This document shows positions 57,946-64,000 of a DNA stretch of 64,000 nt, one piece after another. Every line of letters starts with the position of its first letter. Within the stretch, counting starts at the first letter, position 1. This DNA is from Spirochaetia bacterium (GTDB taxonomy: Bacteria; Spirochaetota; Spirochaetia; UBA9216). Both the position numbers and the translations under genes were made by a program. The notes under the pieces are model-generated. The model searched no databases, had not been told where the DNA came from, and worked only from the letters and a program-made list of their open reading frames with translations. The stretch covers positions 32,001 to 96,000 of the forward strand of contig CAXXYH010000001.1 in NCBI GenBank assembly GCA_963677925.2, in the 5' to 3' direction.

Positions 57946-57953
57946 ACTATAAT

Positions 57954-59735
57954 CTAATCTATGATCCTGCAGAGCCGCAGTCCTGAATAACCGTTTGCAA
58001 GCTCAGGGGACTGAGTGAGAAACTCCCGTCTTCCTACCCTGCCTACGCTGTCAGCAAAATTCCAGGAGCCGCCCCTGACATATACTTCACCGGGTGCGGA
58101 ATCTGTATTTTCACAGCAGAGTTCTCCGACGTTCCCGCTCATATCAAAAAGGCCGAGTTTATTTGGATGCAGGATTCCAGCTTCGTTTGCATGATAGAAA
58201 GAGGGATAAGTCGCAGAATATGACCATGCTACTTCGGTGATATAATCGACATCCCCGTCTAGGTCAAAGTCTGTTCCGCCTGAGAATACATCAAAGGCAG
58301 TATCTGCACCGCTTGCATATGTTCCAGGATAGTATTCTCCCGGCTCACAGATATCTGCGTCGCCATTAAAATCACCGATATAACGGGCTGCAAGTTCCCA
58401 TTCATCGATTGAGGGCAGCCTGTAGCCGTTTTTTCCAGTGTTCATGCTTGTTTCATCCTTCTCCCAGGCGGGAGAAGATGATATCCATTCATCATCACCG
58501 AATTGATCAAAGACATACACGAGGTTATCGGTACTTCCGTCCCTCATCATTGTCAGCCAGCTGCAGAGCATTACGGCACCGTACCAGCTTATGTCTGTAA
58601 GCGGATAATCTTCATAGCCGGGTTCTATACTGAATGTGTAGGTTGATGCTGAATATTCAATATGACATGTTGCAGAATCAAGATCTATCAGCTCCCTGCC
58701 GTAAGCCATAACAGTTGAGGCCGTTGCATACACAGGCTTCCAGGACAGTATGCTGATTAGAAACTCATTATCCGCCCAGTCCAGAATGGCAAGAGCTTCC
58801 GCATTGGTGAGTTCCGTTTCTCCAAGCATGTAGCGTCTTGATACTGAAGATATTGCATCATCTTCGGGATTGATCGGAAACTCCATTCCTTCAGTATTGT
58901 TCGCAAGAATAAAACTGATTTCGGCTGAATAATCAGGCAGATACAAAGAACCCTTATCTCCGGGTTCCGACATCGCCGAAAGATTCTCATCGGCCTCATA
59001 ATAAACGGTTACCGTGTAATTCTTCTCAGTACCGTCCATCGCAACTGCTGTATAAACAAGAGGTTCGGAGAAATCATTCACAGTAACATGACTATCCTGA
59101 ACAATATCACCAATCCTGATTTCTCTGCCGACTGTTGTGACTACAGCCGTCAGAGCGCTTAAATCAGTTCCTCCCGGCAGGATAACTGTAATTGTACCTG
59201 CGTCATGATCGAATATTCCCGAAGTATCCTGCGATATTTCAGTATTCTCACTGGCGGCGAAACCGAATACACCCATTCTTGCATCGGAGCTGTAAGTGTT
59301 GATTGCCAGCACGTAGTAATCCCGGCTGCTGCCGTCTTCTGCAGTTACCGTATAGACAAGTTCATCTGTAAAATCGTTGGTGCTTGTTCCGCTGGTCTGC
59401 GGGGTGCCATTTAAACTTACACTGCTGCCGTTATGGGTGAAAGCTGCTTTGAGATTTTCCAAAGCAGTACCATACGGGAGTATGATAGTTACATCAGTAT
59501 CATCGAACTCTGCAGTGACATCCCTTGATAAACCGCTGTTGTCAGCTGTTCTAAATGTAAAGCTTATAAGTTCACAGGTACTGGATGGATTAGCCGGCAC
59601 ATCATTTTCGTCGGTATTTTCATCTATGGATTCGAACGGATCGTCTTCAAGCGGGACAACCTCCGGAGGGCATGCCGTAAACAATACTGCAGAGAATGCA
59701 ATAAGCAGAAAAAGAATCAGCCTCAAGTGTTTCAT
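57954..59735 (-). CDS. Lipoprotein with two Ig-like (DUF5018-like) repeats and C-terminal FGE-sulfatase/C-type-lectin-fold domain
   Basis: Lipobox LFTAC; repeats NDFTDELVYTVTAEDGSSRDY / NDFSEPLVYTAVAMDGTEKNY; GETELTN, SWYGA, GYRLPSIDEWELAAR, PNKLGLFDMSGNVGE, RGGSW and GLRLCR. Confidence 0.88.
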   Translation of the reverse strand: MKHLRLILFLLIAFSAVLFTACPPEVVPLEDDPFESIDENTDENDVPANPSSTCELISFTFRTADNSGLSRDVTAEFDDTDVTIILPYGTALENLKAAFTHNGSSVSLNGTPQTSGTSTNDFTDELVYTVTAEDGSSRDYYVLAINTYSSDARMGVFGFAASENTEISQDTSGIFDHDAGTITVILPGGTDLSALTAVVTTVGREIRIGDIVQDSHVTVNDFSEPLVYTAVAMDGTEKNYTVTVYYEADENLSAMSEPGDKGSLYLPDYSAEISFILANNTEGMEFPINPEDDAISSVSRRYMLGETELTNAEALAILDWADNEFLISILSWKPVYATASTVMAYGRELIDLDSATCHIEYSASTYTFSIEPGYEDYPLTDISWYGAVMLCSWLTMMRDGSTDNLVYVFDQFGDDEWISSSPAWEKDETSMNTGKNGYRLPSIDEWELAARYIGDFNGDADICEPGEYYPGTYASGADTAFDVFSGGTDFDLDGDVDYITEVAWSYSATYPSFYHANEAGILHPNKLGLFDMSGNVGELCCENTDSAPGEVYVRGGSWNFADSVGRVGRREFLTQSPELANGYSGLRLCRIID

Positions 59736-59839
59736 AGTTTTTCTCCTGAACCATTTTTGTGATTACAATTGAAAAACTAACACTATTGATTATGATTTTA
59801 TCATACAAAGAGTCCATATGGACTTATTTAGCCCTTTAT

Positions 59840-59920
59840 GGCCTCGGGCCGGCCGGGCCCAACCTTTCTTTTTTCAGATAAAAGAAAGGTTGCCAAAGAA
59901 AATTACAGCCCTCCGGGTGG
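59840..59920. repeat. GC-rich palindromic intergenic element (REP/MITE-like or terminator)
   Basis: Perfect 13-bp stem CAACCTTTCTTTT-TTCAGAT-AAAAGAAAGGTTG (59860-59892), flanked by GGCCTCGGGCCGGCCGGGCC and CCAAAGAAAA...GCCCTCCGGG within an AT-rich intergenic region. Confidence 0.5.
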
Positions 59921-59998
59921 TAGCGGAAAATGTGAGAGTGAGGAGCTGCTAAAAAAAATATTTATTTTACATTAGGATCTAATTTTACTTTATATTCA

Positions 59999-61240
59999 TT
60001 AAGATGCGGTCTTCCGCTCAAGTCGTTTTTGCCTGTGACGCAGTTCCGGAAGGTACTTTTTAATTCTTATGTGTTCAAGATTAAGTATTTCCTGTGTGAT
60101 CCGGAGTGCTTTTTGCGGATCTTTTTCAGTATGCTCGTAGTACTTTGCAATTTCAACAGCGGCTTCGATGCTGCGCCAGCGGTTCCAGAGTTCTTTCCAG
60201 ACGCGCAAAGCCTCAACATAGTTTTTAACTGATTTATAATAAAACCCGAGCATACGGCCTGCTTTACGGCTTCCATCCCTGAATGACTGTTCGTAGAGCT
60301 CAGCGCCGCGAGTATCTCCTCGTTCGATAAGCATTCTTGCAAGTCCATTCAAATCATATCTGATACCAATATCAGTTTCTGCCTGCCCTGCCGGTATACG
60401 GTAGAGCCGTTCGGTTATTGCTAGTACTTCCATCAGGCTTGCGATGTCTTCAAGATGGTGGGCGGCTATATCTTTCATAAAATCAAAATTACCAGTTTTT
60501 ATGAAGTTGAAATAATAATCCGGAACCAGGAAACCTGGAACATCATCTGTTCTCTGCTTATTCAGAATGCCACGTTCAATGTCCCCGAGGGAACAGGTTC
60601 CAGTTATTCTTTTCCAGAGCCTTCTTGCCGGATAAAGCAGATCAAGCTGATAGCCGAACTTTGCGTTTATCCCATTCAGGAGGAACCGGCTTTTCATCAG
60701 GTTTGAGTCGAAGCTTTTTCCGTTGTATGAAACGTATATTCGCTCCGGGGAGACAAAGCCTTTAAGCAGATTCAGAAATTCAGGTTCTCCCGGGAAGTCG
60801 GTCATCAGATACTGGATTATTTCAAAACCGGCTGATGTCACATATCCGAAGCCGCAGAGAAATATCACCGTTCCAGCTCCGCCGGAAACCCCGGTTGTTT
60901 CGCAGTCATAGAAAATAAACTTTTCAGCAGGCGTTACTTCTGAAGATGCATTGCTGCTGTCTCGCTCATGATACAGAAAGTTGGATATCAGAGGCTTTAA
61001 AAGGTTTTCTTTGACAGTTTTAAGGCTGTATACGTATTCGGCTTTTTTTACCCATCCGCGGCTTATCAGACCTTCATGAATCCTGTCATTAACCGCTTCA
61101 CGTTCTGCGATGCGTGCAGCATGATGTGAGCCGTTCCCTGTCCGGGGAACGGGCGGTTTGATACTGTTTGTCCCCTTTTCCAGGTCGCCCCGGGCCTGTC
61201 TGAGTCTTTCAAGTCTTGTGCGAAGATCCGGAGCTGCCAT
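59999..61240 (-). CDS. mrfB: MrfB/YprB-type DEDD (RNase H-like) exonuclease with C-terminal TPRs
   Basis: FYDCETTG, YNGKSFD, DLLYPARRLWK, HHLEDI and TPR tail (EIAKYYEH); 3 bp downstream of mrfA. Confidence 0.82.
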   Translation of the reverse strand: MAAPDLRTRLERLRQARGDLEKGTNSIKPPVPRTGNGSHHAARIAEREAVNDRIHEGLISRGWVKKAEYVYSLKTVKENLLKPLISNFLYHERDSSNASSEVTPAEKFIFYDCETTGVSGGAGTVIFLCGFGYVTSAGFEIIQYLMTDFPGEPEFLNLLKGFVSPERIYVSYNGKSFDSNLMKSRFLLNGINAKFGYQLDLLYPARRLWKRITGTCSLGDIERGILNKQRTDDVPGFLVPDYYFNFIKTGNFDFMKDIAAHHLEDIASLMEVLAITERLYRIPAGQAETDIGIRYDLNGLARMLIERGDTRGAELYEQSFRDGSRKAGRMLGFYYKSVKNYVEALRVWKELWNRWRSIEAAVEIAKYYEHTEKDPQKALRITQEILNLEHIRIKKYLPELRHRQKRLERKTAS

Positions 61241-61243
61241 TTA

Positions 61244-63526
61244 TCAGTCGAGCCATCCTCTGAGGAAGTCTATGATTATCTCTTTTTTATTATGGGTGAC
61301 TGGTTCCTCTTCATCAGGCCCTATGCAGGAAGGACAGCCTGATTCACAGCTGCAGCTTTCAATACGTTCCTTCGCAGCAGAAAGAATAACCGATGCTTTT
61401 TCGGCAATACCCTCCGACAGGCCTGTACCGCCGGGGTAGCTGTCATATATGTAAATACATGGCTGACCCAGTACAGGATCCTTCAGTCTCTCGGCTATAC
61501 CCAGGTCACGCACATCACATAAGAGAAATACAGGTGCCACATTCTGTATAAGGCTGCCGATACGTCCGATAATATGCTCTTTTAGTTCATCAGGGATCTG
61601 CTCGAAAGTTTCACGAGATTTTGTGCCTTCTGAAAATACTATAACAGCGCTTCGTGTATGCATTTCTTCTTCAGGAATGAAGATCTCGCCGTAGCCGATA
61701 TTTTCGTGCGTGCCATATTTAATCTTTTTGAATTTGGCTACCTGTTTACGGACAAGCACATCACCTTCGGTCACTGATGCTCCGGGGATAGCCTTATCAG
61801 TATCCCTTTCTAGAAGCTTAATATCGGTTTTAACGATTGCGTCGGTGTAATAATTGAGATCGGATTTATTGACAAAGCATTTTTTATTCTCAATATCGAG
61901 CTCACGCACCTGGAACTGTTCTCCGCGGTGAATGTAAACGGCATTGTCGAAGAGCATTTCCTTGGCTGAAGGACGGTCCATCTCGCCGATAACATTATAC
62001 TTTCCGGCGGTTTCATCGATAATCACCACATTTTCCGCAGTGGCGCTTCTAAGAGATATTGTCTCTGCCGGATAGGAGCGGTCGGACCAGAAATATTTAC
62101 CGCCGGTAAGCCGCAGAACCCCTTCCTCTTCAAGGTACAGCAGCAGCTCTTCAGTTGATTTTCCGAATTCCTCGCCTGATTCAAAGGGAAGCTCGAAAGC
62201 CGCGCACTTCAAATGGTCAAGCAGAATGTATATGTTGTCTGCATCTATTCGTGCAGATTCAGGGTTACGGCCGAAAAAGTAGTCTTTGTGCTCTATTACA
62301 TACTGATCAACCGGCGACATCGATGCAATAAGCACCGAGACCGATGTAGTGCTGCGTCTTCCCGCACGACCGGCCTGCTGCCATGAGGAGGATATGCTGC
62401 CGGGAAAGCCTGCCATTATTGAAACATCAAGCCCTCCGATGTCTATTCCAAGCTCAAGTGCATTTGTAGAAACAACCCCCTGAATACTTCCGTCGCGAAG
62501 TCCTTTTTCAATCTCCCGCCGTTCATTGGGAAGATAGCCTCCGCGGTATGCCTCAACGCGTGTACGGCTGTTGTCGTTGAACATATTCTCAAGGCTCTTG
62601 TTGATGTAGGAAGCAATCAGTTCGGTACGGATTCTTGAACGGCAGAACACTATAGTCTTTACCCGCTGCTTTAGAAATTTCAGTGCAAGACGCTGCGACT
62701 CAAGAACTACACCCCGTCTGATACCCTGCACAGCATCAACCAGCGGCGGATTATAAAGGATGAAGTGCTTTTCTCCCGACGGTGCTCCGTTCTGATCAAC
62801 CAGTGCAACATCGGTCTCCAGTACATTCTGCGCATGCTCAAGCGGATTACCTATTGTGGCACTGCAGCATATAAAAACCGGATCCGAGCCGTAAAAACGG
62901 CAGATTCGTCTCAGTCGTCTTATCAGATTGGTTACATGCGAACCGAAAACACCCCGGTATATATGAAGTTCGTCTATAACGATGAACTTAACGTTTGAAA
63001 GAAACTTAATCCACTTCGGATGATTCGGCAGGATCCCGGCGTGAAGCATATCCGGATTTGATATGATAATCCTGCCGCCGTCTCGTGCTGCAACCCGTAC
63101 CGATGAGGGGGTATCACCGTCGTAGGTAACGGTTTTGATAGGAAGTTCATCTGAAAGAAGTACTTCATTGAGTTCAGACTGCTGATCCTGTGACAGAGCC
63201 TTTGTCGGAAACATGTAAAGTGCCCGGGCTTCGGGATTTGACAGCAGATAATTAAGAACCGGAAGATTGTAGCACATAGTCTTCCCTGATGCTGTGGGTG
63301 TGACTACGACGGTACTTTTTCCTTCAGTGACAAAGTCGTATGCCTGTTTCTGATGTGAATAAAGTCTGTCTACACCCCTTTTGCTGTATATGCTGCGAAG
63401 GATCGGATTAATATCTTCAGGGAAATCTGTATATGAACCGGCTTTTGCCGGAATCTTCTCCCAGTGAGTTACATTTTTAACAAAGTCTGAATCTTTGTTT
63501 AATAAATTTAAGATAGCATCGGACAT
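61244..63526 (-). CDS. mrfA: MrfA/YprA (Hrq1/SftH-like) DEXH helicase with DUF1998 zinc domain
   Basis: TPTASGKT, DELHIYRGVFGS, SATIGNP, TNALELGIDIG, QQAGRAGR, YDSYPGGTG and CSCESGCPSC. Confidence 0.88.
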   Translation of the reverse strand: MSDAILNLLNKDSDFVKNVTHWEKIPAKAGSYTDFPEDINPILRSIYSKRGVDRLYSHQKQAYDFVTEGKSTVVVTPTASGKTMCYNLPVLNYLLSNPEARALYMFPTKALSQDQQSELNEVLLSDELPIKTVTYDGDTPSSVRVAARDGGRIIISNPDMLHAGILPNHPKWIKFLSNVKFIVIDELHIYRGVFGSHVTNLIRRLRRICRFYGSDPVFICCSATIGNPLEHAQNVLETDVALVDQNGAPSGEKHFILYNPPLVDAVQGIRRGVVLESQRLALKFLKQRVKTIVFCRSRIRTELIASYINKSLENMFNDNSRTRVEAYRGGYLPNERREIEKGLRDGSIQGVVSTNALELGIDIGGLDVSIMAGFPGSISSSWQQAGRAGRRSTTSVSVLIASMSPVDQYVIEHKDYFFGRNPESARIDADNIYILLDHLKCAAFELPFESGEEFGKSTEELLLYLEEEGVLRLTGGKYFWSDRSYPAETISLRSATAENVVIIDETAGKYNVIGEMDRPSAKEMLFDNAVYIHRGEQFQVRELDIENKKCFVNKSDLNYYTDAIVKTDIKLLERDTDKAIPGASVTEGDVLVRKQVAKFKKIKYGTHENIGYGEIFIPEEEMHTRSAVIVFSEGTKSRETFEQIPDELKEHIIGRIGSLIQNVAPVFLLCDVRDLGIAERLKDPVLGQPCIYIYDSYPGGTGLSEGIAEKASVILSAAKERIESCSCESGCPSCIGPDEEEPVTHNKKEIIIDFLRGWLD

Positions 63527-63585
63527 AATCTCATGTTAGCATATTTGTAATGACGATACTATATTAATGTTTAGTGGAGGTAATT

Positions 63586-64000
63586 ATGCAGATTGCTATT
63601 TTAAGGTTTTTCAATGATATAGCCACACCCTTACTCGACCATATAGCTGAATATATAACAATGCTTGGAGAGCAGTATTTCTTCATCATTGTAATTGCTT
63701 TTATATACTGGAATGTGTCCAAAAAGGATGGTTTTAAGCTTGCTGCGGCATTCATGTATTCGTCTGCACTTAATTCAATGGTAAAAATTGCAGTACATTC
63801 ACCGCGGCCGTTTGAAAAGCTCGATTTTATTAGCGGGAAGCGTGTTGAAACCGCAACCGGCTACTCTTTTCCGAGCGGTCATACCCAGGGTACTACGACC
63901 TTTTTTCTGACCTGGGCCAATATAATCCAGCGAAAATGGTTTGCTGTGCTTAGTATTATTGTGTTTGTGTTTGTGGGGATAAGCAGGGTTTATCTCGGGG
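63586..64000 (+). CDS. PAP2 family phosphatase, 5' part; runs off the window edge
   Basis: Not in the ORF track. GGAGG RBS, ATG 63586; MQIAILRFF...KIAVHSPRP...GYSFPSGH...SRVYLG gives PAP2 motifs C1, C2 and the start of C3. Confidence 0.92.
   Translation, partial: MQIAILRFFNDIATPLLDHIAEYITMLGEQYFFIIVIAFIYWNVSKKDGFKLAAAFMYSSALNSMVKIAVHSPRPFEKLDFISGKRVETATGYSFPSGHTQGTTTFFLTWANIIQRKWFAVLSIIVFVFVGISRVYLG

Noticed and set aside
57954-59998. A complete diversity-generating retroelement
   Set aside because: No reverse transcriptase, Avd or template repeat found; the nearby intergenic sequence does not resemble the variable region.
59999-63526. DISARM/Druantia-type defence system
   Set aside because: Single-chain helicase-DUF1998 with a YprB-type exonuclease and no methylase, drm or dru partners; fits MrfAB.
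63564-63755. 63-aa minus-strand ORF
   Set aside because: Antisense shadow of the PAP2 gene.

Overview
Chromosomal window from a spirochaete (most likely a free-living Spirochaetia member, judged from gene order and protein features). 1-25.2 kb is a conserved core block: tgt-lptG-lptF-dut-pnp-rpsO-ribF-truB-rbfA-infB-nusA-rimP-comF-mutS-skp-bamA-tamB, divergent from tmk and a hypothetical gene. This resembles the order I recall for the Borrelia BB0792-BB0809 region. 25-64 kb is more accessory: a TetR-associated RND/MFP/TolC locus with an extra large acidic lipoprotein, lipid genes, a GAF-HD-GYP protein, a PTS-EIIA-CBS plus ArsB/NhaD operon, a frameshifted pfkB, rbgA, an MCP, tpx, an MFS transporter, tag, class II nrdJ with NrdR boxes, a VWA plus transglutaminase-TPR pair, a lipoprotein / membrane regulator / FGE-lipoprotein cassette, mrfAB and a partial PAP2 gene. 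I found no rRNA, tRNA, CRISPR array, transposase, integrase or reverse transcriptase. Best candidates for undescribed biology: (1) a four-component RND-MFP-TolC-lipoprotein locus with a shared operator; (2) a polytopic membrane winged-helix regulator with a Cys4 insert and an 11-bp-periodic candidate operator; (3) a Sup35-like G/Y/Q/N repeat in IF2; (4) a probable CTG start for tamB overlapped by a mini-ORF; (5) recurrent leaderless promoters. All family calls come from motif recognition by eye; no database searches were run.
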